Below are positions 26,098 to 33,895 of a stretch of DNA of 41,076 bases, in pieces. The notes under the pieces were generated by a model that saw only the letters and a program-made list of their open reading frames with translations, did not search any database and had not been told where the DNA came from. Each line of letters begins with the position of its first letter. The stretch's first letter is position 1. Both the position numbers and the translations under genes were made by a program. Origin of the DNA: a virus (taxonomy: Duplodnaviria > Caudoviricetes); the IMG/VR virus record IMGVR_UViG_3300037863_000259, positions 1 through 41,076 of that record; one strand, written 5' to 3'.

Positions 26098-27962
26098 TAC
26101 AGGGCCGCCAGGGTGAAGGCCGGGTCGTCCCAGGGCGATGCGGGGGCGCAGTGGTCACTCATCATTGAGGCTCCTACCGCCATGCACAGCGCCACGGCTG
26201 CGTCGATCTTGTTCAGGGCTCTCTGCTTGGAGAGCCAGTAATTGTCCCAGCGGTCGGTCTCGATGACCGCCGACATGATCGCCGAGATCAGCACCGGGCT
26301 GCGCCGCAGCCGGATGCGTCCTTCGAGCATCATCTCTTCGAGTTGGCGCACAGAGCCCGGCATCCACAGGCCCTGCGGCTCGCGGTCGGTGCCTCTGGCG
26401 GCCAGTTTCATGGCCTCGGTCGGCTTGCCGCGCTTGGTGCCGCCCTGGGGGTGTTCGACGAACTCCAGATTGAGCCCGACCTCGGCGATGTCTTCTTCCA
26501 GGCGCCGGAAGGCGTAGCGATCATAGGCGACCAACTGGACGTCGTAGTCGCGGCCGTATTCGGCGAGCGCCTGGGCGACGTGCCGGAAATTGATGTTCTC
26601 GCCCTGCGGCGCCTGCAAGAAACCTTGGCGCACCCAAACGTCATAGGGCTGCTTATCGCGCAGGGTGCGCGCGGCAAGCGTGTCGCCCGGAGTCCAGGCC
26701 TCGATCCAGGCATCAAAACAGGGCTTGCCGTCCCGCTCGCCGGTCTTCTGCACGGCTGCGAGCGCGGTGATGTCACGGTTCTGGCTGAGGTCCAGCCCCA
26801 GCCAGACCTTGGCCCCGGGCTGGGGCACAAAGTCCGCCAGCAGCGGTTCCAGCGTTGCCCGGGTCATCCAGGCGGTCTCGGCGTCGGTCCAGACGCAGAA
26901 GTGAAGCCGCAGGATGCCGTTGAGCTGGCCCGGGATGGACCTGGCCTGCGCCACGACCTCGGAGAGATATTCGGCCGTGATCGTCACGCCCAGCAGCGGG
27001 TTGGCCTTGATCCAGCAGGCCGGGTCGTTCAGCGGATCGTCGCCAGCGTCGAGAGCGCAGACGTAGGAGAAGCTCGTGTCGTCGAGAACCTCGCCCAGAT
27101 AGGTCGGATCGGTCAGCGCATCGATGTTGCCGGCGGCGACCTTGACCGCGTGTTCATGCTCCTCCCACGCCACCGAATTGCGGTCGGAGCCCGAGTTGGT
27201 GATCATGAACAAGAGCGGTTCACGGCGGAATTTGAAGCCACGCTCCAGTATCTCGATGATCGAGCGGTCGGGCAGCTCGTGGATCTCGTCGGCCAGCACG
27301 AAGAAGGGCCGCGGACCCGACCCGGTCTTGCCGGTATCGCGCGACACGGGACGGAAGAATGATCCCGAGCCGTGGTGGGCGATGTTGAACTCGCGCCCGG
27401 GGCCGCCGGAGAACTCGAGCCGCCGTGCCAGGGCCGGGGACTGGCGGACCATCTTCACCGCGTCGGAAAAGAGGATGCCGGCTTGCTCGCGCTTGGCCGC
27501 CGCCGCATAGATCTGGGCGCCAGCCTCACCGGCTGCGGTCATGCCGAACAGGCCGATGCCGCCGGCGACCGGGGATTTGCCGTTACCCTTGCCCTGCTCG
27601 ATGTAGGCCCGGCGAAACCGCCTGCGGCCGTCTGCCCGTTTCCAGCCGAACAGACTGCCGATGATGAAGGCCTGGCTCGGTTCCAGATGGAATGGCTGGC
27701 CCTCGAACTGCCCCTCGGACAGTTTGAGCACCTCCTCGAAGAAGCCGAAGGCATGGGCGGCTGCTGCGACATCAAACGTGATGCCGTCGGTGCGTTTCAG
27801 GTCGTCCAGATGCCGGCGGCAGGCATTGCGGACATGGGGTCCGGCGATGATCTCACCGGCGACCACCTCCCTGGCATAGGCGCTGGTGCGATCAGCCGAA
27901 GAAGCGGTCGGCGGGGTCGGCGCTTTGCTCCGACGCCTGGGTTTCGATGCGGGTTCTGGCAC
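26097..27962 (-). CDS. terL: Terminase large subunit
   Basis: RRFRRAY, Walker A GKGNGKS, Walker B LADEIHE, nuclease GLDLS and KIDAAVA. Confidence 0.95.
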   Translation of the reverse strand: MPEPASKPRRRSKAPTPPTASSADRTSAYAREVVAGEIIAGPHVRNACRRHLDDLKRTDGITFDVAAAAHAFGFFEEVLKLSEGQFEGQPFHLEPSQAFIIGSLFGWKRADGRRRFRRAYIEQGKGNGKSPVAGGIGLFGMTAAGEAGAQIYAAAAKREQAGILFSDAVKMVRQSPALARRLEFSGGPGREFNIAHHGSGSFFRPVSRDTGKTGSGPRPFFVLADEIHELPDRSIIEILERGFKFRREPLLFMITNSGSDRNSVAWEEHEHAVKVAAGNIDALTDPTYLGEVLDDTSFSYVCALDAGDDPLNDPACWIKANPLLGVTITAEYLSEVVAQARSIPGQLNGILRLHFCVWTDAETAWMTRATLEPLLADFVPQPGAKVWLGLDLSQNRDITALAAVQKTGERDGKPCFDAWIEAWTPGDTLAARTLRDKQPYDVWVRQGFLQAPQGENINFRHVAQALAEYGRDYDVQLVAYDRYAFRRLEEDIAEVGLNLEFVEHPQGGTKRGKPTEAMKLAARGTDREPQGLWMPGSVRQLEEMMLEGRIRLRRSPVLISAIMSAVIETDRWDNYWLSKQRALNKIDAAVALCMAVGASMMSDHCAPASPWDDPAFTLAAL

Positions 27963-28374
27963 TGGGCGTCATCCCGAACTCGGCGGCGTATCGCATCATG
28001 TCGGAGGCGGCCTTGTTAGCGGTGCCCACGAGCGGGTTCTGGATGGCGTTGCCGTTGGAGGTCTTGATCATCAGGCCTCCGGTCAGCTGGTCCTTCTCGG
28101 CCATCTTGGCGATCGCCCGTTCGGCCTGGACCCAGCGGCCATAGGCCATGGCGTAGGCGGCAAGTGCCGCGCGATCGACCTCGGACAGCAGACCGATCCG
28201 GTGCAGCCAAACTGCGACCCGGTTCCATTCCTGCAGTGCATCGGCGGTAAGGTGCGGCGGCGGTGCCGGCATCGCCGGGATGGTCTTTGCCTCTTTGCGA
28301 TTAAGCGGCCGCTTGCCGCGGTTGCCCTCGATCAGCTTCAGGTGGGTCGGCTTGGGTTTGGTTCCGGGTTTCAC
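27892..28374 (-). CDS. terS: Terminase small subunit (P27 family)
   Basis: KPKPTHLKL..GN.GKR.LN, QNP.V, EFGMTPSARTRI. Confidence 0.92.
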   Translation of the reverse strand: MKPGTKPKPTHLKLIEGNRGKRPLNRKEAKTIPAMPAPPPHLTADALQEWNRVAVWLHRIGLLSEVDRAALAAYAMAYGRWVQAERAIAKMAEKDQLTGGLMIKTSNGNAIQNPLVGTANKAASDMMRYAAEFGMTPSARTRIETQASEQSADPADRFFG

Positions 28375-28436
28375 TGGGGCGGTCCTTCAACTAAGCCTCT
28401 CGTCCAGGCTGCTTTCACCTCCGCGCCAAGGTCACG

Positions 28437-28871
28437 ATGATATTTGCTCTGTTTCTCCTTGCCGCGGCATCGGCCCAGCCCGTGGGCGAGACCTTTACCT
28501 GCACTCCCACCAGGGTGTGGGACGGCGATGGCCCGATCTGGTGCGCCGAAGGGCCCCGTATTCGTCTGGCCGGCATTGCGGCCCGGGAGATGGATGGCAG
28601 CTGCAGTCGCGGACATCCTTGTCCGTCTGCTTCAGCGGTCCAGGCCCGTGATGCTCTGGTCGGGCTGATCGGCCAGCGTGTCGGCGTTCATTCTCAAGGC
28701 CATATCCTGGTGCGGGGTCCGGCCCTGACCTGCCGGTCTGAAGGCAGCGCCGGAGGCAGCCGGACGGCTGCATGGTGCGTCTCGCCACGGTCCGGCGATC
28801 TGTCCTGCGCGATGGTCAGGGGTGGTTGGGCGCTTCGATGGAACCGCTATTGGCGCAACCATCGCTGCTGA
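28437..28871 (+). CDS. Secreted thermonuclease (SNase-like) family protein
   Basis: Signal peptide; V.DGDG...RIRLAGI.A.E...DLS.AMV..G.A motifs; opposite strand to the late operon. Confidence 0.8.
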   Translation: MIFALFLLAAASAQPVGETFTCTPTRVWDGDGPIWCAEGPRIRLAGIAAREMDGSCSRGHPCPSASAVQARDALVGLIGQRVGVHSQGHILVRGPALTCRSEGSAGGSRTAAWCVSPRSGDLSCAMVRGGWALRWNRYWRNHRC

Positions 28872-30123
28872 CACGCCCGACGACCTCATCGAAGGTCCGG
28901 CCGTCTGCTTCAAGCGTGGCCATTTTGCCCGTGAAGTCCTGCCAGCGCTGGACGATGACGTCGGCGTATTTGGGGTCGAGCTCCATCAGCCGGCAGCGCC
29001 GGCCCTGCTGTTCGCAGGCGATCAGGGTCGAACCCGAACCGCCAAAGAGATCGACCACCAGAGCGCCGCGGGCCGAGGAGTTCAGCAGCGCGCGTTCGAT
29101 CAGCTGGGTCGGCTTGGTGGTGGGGTGAAGAATAGAGACCCGTGGGCGGGGGATGTTCCAGATGTCGGACTGCTTGCGGTCGGGCACATGCATGATGCGC
29201 GGGCCGTCTTCGTTCCAGCCGTACCAGAGGGGCTCGTATTGGGTGTGGTAGTCCTTGCGGGAGAGGACGAGCGCGTCCTTCACCCAGATGATGGTCGAGG
29301 ACCAGTGGAACTTCGCCTCGCGAAGGCCCTTGTCGATGGCGGGCCACTCCTGGGCGCTCATCACCACATAGGCCAGCGCGCCGGGCTTGGTGACGGCGTA
29401 GAACGAGGCGCAGAACCCGGTCACGAACTGGGCCCATCCGGCCTCGTCCATATGGTCGTTAAGGATTTTACGGGGCTTGTAGCCCTGGGCGTTGCCGGCT
29501 TTGACCGCGCCATAGTTCACATTCCAGGGCGGGTCGGTGAACAGCAGATCCCCGCGCTCGCCCTGCATCAGTTTGTCGACGTCGGTCTGGACGGTGCTGT
29601 CGCCGCACACGAGCCGATGTTTGCCCATCACCCAGACATCGCCCGGAACCGAGACCGGGATCTTGGGCGCATCGGGAACGGTGTCGGGATCGGTCAGACC
29701 GTCGGTGTTCTCAGCGAGCAGGCCCGCCAGTTCCTCGTCGGAGAAGCCGGTCAGCCCCAGATCGAAGTCGAAGGCCTGTAGATCGGCCAGCTCGACGCGG
29801 AGCAGGTCAGCATCCCAGCCGGCGTTCAGCGCCAGCTTGTTATCGGCCAGCACATAGGCGCGCTTCTGCGCCTCGCTCCAGCCGGTCGCGACCATCACCG
29901 GGATATCGGCAAGGCCCAGTTTGCGGGCCGCCAGCACCCGGCCGTGGCCCGCGATCAGGCCGCCGTCCTCGTCGATCAGAACCGGTACGGTCCAGCCCCA
30001 TTCGCGGATCGAGGCGGCGATCTGGGCCACCTGTTCGTCGCTGTGGGTGCGGGCATTGCGTGCATAGGGCACGAGGTCCGAGACGCTTCTGCGCTCGACC
30101 TGATCGGCGGGCCATTGTGTCAT
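28816..30123 (-). CDS. ParB-N-domain fused N4/N6 DNA methyltransferase
   Basis: PYARNARTHS..IAGHGR..ADNKL (ParB); TDPPWNV, HPTTKP, DLFGGSGSTL; start ATG 30123. Confidence 0.92.
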   Translation of the reverse strand: MTQWPADQVERRSVSDLVPYARNARTHSDEQVAQIAASIREWGWTVPVLIDEDGGLIAGHGRVLAARKLGLADIPVMVATGWSEAQKRAYVLADNKLALNAGWDADLLRVELADLQAFDFDLGLTGFSDEELAGLLAENTDGLTDPDTVPDAPKIPVSVPGDVWVMGKHRLVCGDSTVQTDVDKLMQGERGDLLFTDPPWNVNYGAVKAGNAQGYKPRKILNDHMDEAGWAQFVTGFCASFYAVTKPGALAYVVMSAQEWPAIDKGLREAKFHWSSTIIWVKDALVLSRKDYHTQYEPLWYGWNEDGPRIMHVPDRKQSDIWNIPRPRVSILHPTTKPTQLIERALLNSSARGALVVDLFGGSGSTLIACEQQGRRCRLMELDPKYADVIVQRWQDFTGKMATLEADGRTFDEVVGRVSSDGCANSGSIEAPNHP

Positions 30124-30220
30124 TTGACCCCCGGTCGCTAACTCGCGGCTGCGTGAAGTTTGGACCATGCGCGGTTTCCGTCCCGCAGGCCCCAAAGGTT
30201 TGACCTCCCCCCAGGGGTGG
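30124..30220 (-). other. Putative cos / packaging-initiation region
   Basis: Non-coding gap directly after the terminase-associated HNH, beginning with a G-run (GGGGGGAGGTCAAA...); this position holds cos in HK97-like phages. Confidence 0.5.
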
Positions 30221-30505
30221 TCAGCCGATCGGCCAGCCATCTCGGCCGGTGCCGACGGTGCGCCGATGGCCGAACTGCTCGGCCGTGCGCGCCCGGTGGC
30301 AGCCGGCGCAGAGGCATCGGATGTTGTTGTCCTGGTCGCAGCCGCCCTTGGCGAGCGGCACGATGTGGTCGGGCACTGTCGCCTCGCGGACCATGCCTTG
30401 GGAAGCGCAGTCCCGGCATAGGGGCTCGGCCTGGAGGCGTCTGAGACGTTGGGCGACGGCAGCGCGTCCACGCAGACGATCCGCTACAGTGATTGATGCC
30501 GACAT
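30221..30505 (-). CDS. Terminase-associated HNH endonuclease (HK97 gp74-like)
   Basis: EPLC..C, DHI.PL..GG.D..NN...LC..CH, ..DGWP end. Confidence 0.88.
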   Translation of the reverse strand: MSASITVADRLRGRAAVAQRLRRLQAEPLCRDCASQGMVREATVPDHIVPLAKGGCDQDNNIRCLCAGCHRARTAEQFGHRRTVGTGRDGWPIG

Positions 30506-30569
30506 CGAAGTCCGTCGAAAGTCCGCTTGCAGGTGCGATCTCAATTTCGGTCTCGACCCACTGCAGACC

Positions 30570-31304
30570 CTAGGCGTCCCTTTGGCCGGGGACGCGCAGG
30601 CTAACCCGTGCTTCGGCTATCGAGACCCAACGCTTGTTGATCGCGATCAGCCTATGGATGAACCGATGGCAGCCCGCGCAGAGAAGCGATAAGTCCGCGA
30701 CCCTCGTCGAGGTGACTCCCTTGGAATCTGACAGGGGGCGGATGTGGTGAGCTTCGAAAAAACTTTCACGCAGGCGGCGTTCAAGAGGGGGGGCCGTGAA
30801 CTCGCAGATTGAGCAAACTAGCTGACTGTCGGCTGTTTGCCCAAGAAGCTTCATCCTCAAACGACGATCCCGGCTTCTGTGCCGAGAGGTCAACAGGTGG
30901 CCCTCCGCAAACACTTCGTCCTCGGGAAATAACTCCACTGCTTCGCCGCGAGCCATCGCTTCCCGGATTAACGGAGCCAGTGCAGCGACTTCCATAGCGC
31001 GGGACCTCGGGTACTCGGCGACCAATTCGCGATCCAAGGCTGAAGACGACAGCCCCCGAGTAGGATCAATTGCTGAAGACAGGTTCTGCAGCTTTAGGGC
31101 GACACCATCGGCGTTGCGGAAGGATGGGCGTCGTCCCTCATGCGGATGGATTCGTGCGGATCGCAGAAGCGTCGACAGTTTAGCGACGTCGTCGTGACCC
31201 TTATGGATCGGCGTGTCGTGCCTGTAGAGCAAGTCGAGCGCGAGCAGCGTTTCGTCCCGGTTCCAATCTGGATTCCCTGCGCCTTGAGTAACCGGCATCA
31301 ACAT
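30570..31304 (-). CDS. HNH endonuclease, McrA-like (putative modification-dependent restriction enzyme)
   Basis: N-terminal NPDW.RDE..LALDL..RN.DGV.LKL.N; EG......H..R; C..C.F, EAHH..PLS, LLC..CHR.IH. Confidence 0.75.
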   Translation of the reverse strand: MLMPVTQGAGNPDWNRDETLLALDLLYRHDTPIHKGHDDVAKLSTLLRSARIHPHEGRRPSFRNADGVALKLQNLSSAIDPTRGLSSSALDRELVAEYPRSRAMEVAALAPLIREAMARGEAVELFPEDEVFAEGHLLTSRHRSRDRRLRMKLLGQTADSQLVCSICEFTAPPLERRLRESFFEAHHIRPLSDSKGVTSTRVADLSLLCAGCHRFIHRLIAINKRWVSIAEARVSLRVPGQRDA

Positions 31305-31382
31305 CTCCCCAACGGGAATTGAAGGTGCGGCATTTCTGAAACTTACTCAAGCGAGCCCAAGTTTTCTGTTCTCCGTTCAGAC

Positions 31383-31408
31383 CGCCCGAAGACCGTGGGC
31401 TCCGGGCG
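31383..31408 (-). promoter_or_regulatory. Hairpin in the putative late-operon leader
   Basis: Minus strand CGCCCGGA-N10-TTCGGGCG in the gap between the putative regulator and the late genes. Confidence 0.35.
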
Positions 31409-31483
31409 TAGTTCTCAATCCTCGATTTCGGAACAATGCCGAAGAACGTCCACAAAAACAAGATAATCAGCCAGTTTGAGGCG

Positions 31484-32080
31484 TCATGTCAGCACTTTGC
31501 GGTGACCATCCCGCGCAATACCGAACAGTTGGGTCAGCGCATCAAGGGCAAAGCTGAGGTTGGTGCGATCGGCCTGCGGCCAGCCTCCCGCATCCTCATC
31601 GATGCAGACGATCCTATAGACGAGCACCCCGGGTGCTTTGCCCTGCGCATCCAGCCGATCCCGGTCGCACTGGTCGAGCACATCAAGCACGGCACTATAG
31701 TGCCGCTGCACCTTCTCGACCAGAGTCCGGCTGGGAGGTGTGCCCACACCACCGAGCACGCCGTCGCTTGCCAGGATGCCAGTAACGGAAGCGGGGAACG
31801 GCATCGGCCAGCCCATCACCGCATGATGCCGGTGATAGATCTCGCCGTACTTCTGTCCGGCAGCAAACTGCTCGGCGGTGATGGCACCTGCAAACGCCAG
31901 CCGTCCCAGCGCTGTGCCCAGCCGTTCGTCACGGGCCTGCCTTGCGGTCACCCCGTAATGACGCTGCCGTGCCTCCAGGACGGTGGCCATGACCTCACGC
32001 TGGGTTTCGCCAGCGCTTGGCTGCACCAGCTTGCCGCAAGGGTGGCGCTTGCCGGCTTTGCGCTTACGCCCTTTTGCCAT
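31484..32080 (-). CDS. Hypothetical protein, probable late transcription regulator
   Basis: Basic N-terminus MAKGRKRKAGKR; last early gene before the late operon; GGAGG RBS; function inferred from position only. Confidence 0.6.
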   Translation of the reverse strand: MAKGRKRKAGKRHPCGKLVQPSAGETQREVMATVLEARQRHYGVTARQARDERLGTALGRLAFAGAITAEQFAAGQKYGEIYHRHHAVMGWPMPFPASVTGILASDGVLGGVGTPPSRTLVEKVQRHYSAVLDVLDQCDRDRLDAQGKAPGVLVYRIVCIDEDAGGWPQADRTNLSFALDALTQLFGIARDGHRKVLT

Positions 32081-32252
32081 GGCTGCCTCCGTAGAGCCGC
32101 TCACCGATCGCCCGGATCGCCTCGCGCTCCGTGGTGCTGAGGCGATGGTCACTGGCCGAGACCGCCAGAATGCCGTATCTCCAGCCATCGCGTTTCAGCT
32201 CTTCGCCGTCCCGCTGCTGAGCGTGCCCGTAGATTTTGGAGATCATGCTCAT
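32064..32252 (-). CDS. Small hypothetical protein (62 aa)
   Basis: TGATG-coupled to the upstream gene; MSMISKIYG...IGERLYG. Confidence 0.65.
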   Translation of the reverse strand: MSMISKIYGHAQQRDGEELKRDGWRYGILAVSASDHRLSTTEREAIRAIGERLYGGSHGKRA

Positions 32253-32506
32253 CAGCCGATCTCCCTGAGCAGGGCGGCATAGCCGATGACATCGACCACG
32301 CTGTCGGTATGGCGGGGATCGTAGGCCAGCCGGGTCAGCTTGAGGTCGATCATGCACAGCGCGACCTGGGCCGGCGTCACTGGCGTGGCCAACGTTATCG
32401 ACCAGCGATCGGCGATCTTTTTGAACTGATCGGCTGGGTCGCCGTAATCGTCGCGGCGTTCTTCCAGAACCTTCGCAGTGTGGCCGAGAATGGACCAGCT
32501 GGTCAT
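32252..32506 (-). CDS. DUF6378-like phage protein
   Basis: R..DYGDP...F..IA..WS...VALCM..LK..R....H.DS.VD..GYAAL. Confidence 0.8.
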   Translation of the reverse strand: MTSWSILGHTAKVLEERRDDYGDPADQFKKIADRWSITLATPVTPAQVALCMIDLKLTRLAYDPRHTDSVVDVIGYAALLREIG

Positions 32507-33042
32507 CGCACACCTCCGCATGTCTCTATGGCCCAGAGCAGGATGGCGATGGCGTCGGCCTCGTTGTCATCGGCGGGTGCAAATCCCCGCACCCGCACTG
32601 CGTCGATCACGGCGGCCTTGTCGGCATTGCCCTTGCCGGTGATGAACTGCTTGATCGTGCCGACCGGCACGCCCTGGTAGGCAACCAGATGCTCTTCGCA
32701 CCAAGCGGTCAGGACGGCGAGCAGACCGCCGTAAACATGCGCGGCATCGGTGCCGACGTGGCGCCGCACCTCCTCGAAATGGATGGCCTCGATCGGTCCA
32801 GCATCGCTGTCGAGCTGTTCGAGCCAGCGCCGGAAGCGCAGGAATCGCATGCCGCCGCCATCGAAGCGGGTGTGCTTCAGCGACACGGTGCCGCTGGTGA
32901 TGAAATCGTCGCCGGCCTGCAGCGCCCAGCCGGTGCTGGTGCCGAGGTCGAGAGCCAACATCGCGCCGCGCACGATTGTGACCGGCCTTGCCACTGGCGG
33001 GGTTGCACTGCGCACCGGCGCAGGCAGAGTCAGAATATCCAT
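32503..33042 (-). CDS. RuvC-like Holliday junction resolvase
   Basis: LALDLGT.TGWA, FEEV, TGKGNA.K, DNEADA. Confidence 0.85.
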   Translation of the reverse strand: MDILTLPAPVRSATPPVARPVTIVRGAMLALDLGTSTGWALQAGDDFITSGTVSLKHTRFDGGGMRFLRFRRWLEQLDSDAGPIEAIHFEEVRRHVGTDAAHVYGGLLAVLTAWCEEHLVAYQGVPVGTIKQFITGKGNADKAAVIDAVRVRGFAPADDNEADAIAILLWAIETCGGVR

Positions 33043-33159
33043 GATGATTCTCCGTCGAAAGGGATGGATCGTGGTGCGGAAGGCGGCGGCTTGGTGCTTG
33101 GCGGTACTGGCTGCCGTCGTCCGGTCTGGGCTGGTGGGTTCAGGTCATCGGCTGCTCCA

Positions 33160-33702
33160 TCAGAACGGGATGTCCGAGAGCACGTCGTCGAGCTGATCGC
33201 GCGCGGCGCGGCTGGGACGGACGCTGACTACCTGCGCGCCGGGGAACGCGTTTTTGGTGGCAACCAGGATCGGATGGTGGCCGATAACGCTGGCGACTTC
33301 ATCGAGCGCCCAGACCTGGGCCTCCCGTCCATGTCGCTGAGCCCGGCCGGTATCGCGCAGGTCGCGCACGAGGATGACGAGGCCTTGCTCCGTCTCGAAC
33401 TCCCACTGGTCGACCGGCAGCGGTTCGCCCTTGGCTTCGCGGGCCAGTTCATCCAGCCGCTCATAGGCCCGCAGCATGGCATTGCCGTGCTGGCGAACAG
33501 CCAAGAGATCGAACTCCCACACCGAGGCGTTGAACAGCTTGTGCTGCTGGTGGAACCGTTCAGCCCACTCGATTGGCACCAGCATGGGCAAACGCCCGAT
33601 GCCCCAATGCTGGTCCAGTTCACGACCACGCTGGTCGACACAGTTGATGATGACCTGCATGTCGCTGATCTGCCCATGCCGGGTCGGTGGCGCGCCCTTC
33701 AT
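33160..33702 (-). CDS. Hypothetical protein ending in DIPF
   Basis: AGGAGG RBS; WG.GRL..LV motif; K..FPGA.V...DIPF C-terminus. Confidence 0.75.
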   Translation of the reverse strand: MKGAPPTRHGQISDMQVIINCVDQRGRELDQHWGIGRLPMLVPIEWAERFHQQHKLFNASVWEFDLLAVRQHGNAMLRAYERLDELAREAKGEPLPVDQWEFETEQGLVILVRDLRDTGRAQRHGREAQVWALDEVASVIGHHPILVATKNAFPGAQVVSVRPSRAARDQLDDVLSDIPF

Positions 33703-33754
33703 GCGCCCCTCCTTTCTTTGTTAAAAACGAGGCTGACGATGCGCCTGAAGCGCA

Positions 33755-33879
33755 GTCGGAAGCCCCTAGGGGGTATGGGGGGGAAGCGACTGCGCGTTCC
33801 GACGGCTTGCGACCGGGCTTCCGACGCCTTCCGACAGGCTTCCGACTGACGCAAAACCGTGCTTCCGACGGCTTCCGAC
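33755..33879. repeat. Iteron-like GCTTCCGAC repeats, putative replication origin
   Basis: Seven direct copies or variants ending at 33803, 33813, 33825, 33835, 33846, 33869, 33879; one inverted copy at 33755-33763; palindrome CCCCTAGGGG at 33763-33772. Confidence 0.75.
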
Positions 33880-33895
33880 AACGTGATTTTGGGGC

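Noticed and set aside
30124-30471. N-terminal extensions of listed ORFs (MTase from 30471, primase from 36322, capsid from 24245, 11159..12232)
   Set aside because: The extensions overlap neighbouring genes or regulatory hairpins; downstream starts match the domain boundaries and most have a clear RBS
33061-33072. GGGATGGATC identical to 38621-38630 as another repressor operator
   Set aside because: The right half-site is poor (TCGT) and no promoter is evident; a chance match is plausible
33796-33879. Repeats as a CRISPR array; 36700..37503 as cas4
   Set aside because: Units are 9 bp with mostly 1-3 nt gaps, there are no spacers and no cas1/cas2; the nuclease lacks Cas4 Fe-S cysteines and lies in a phage recombination module
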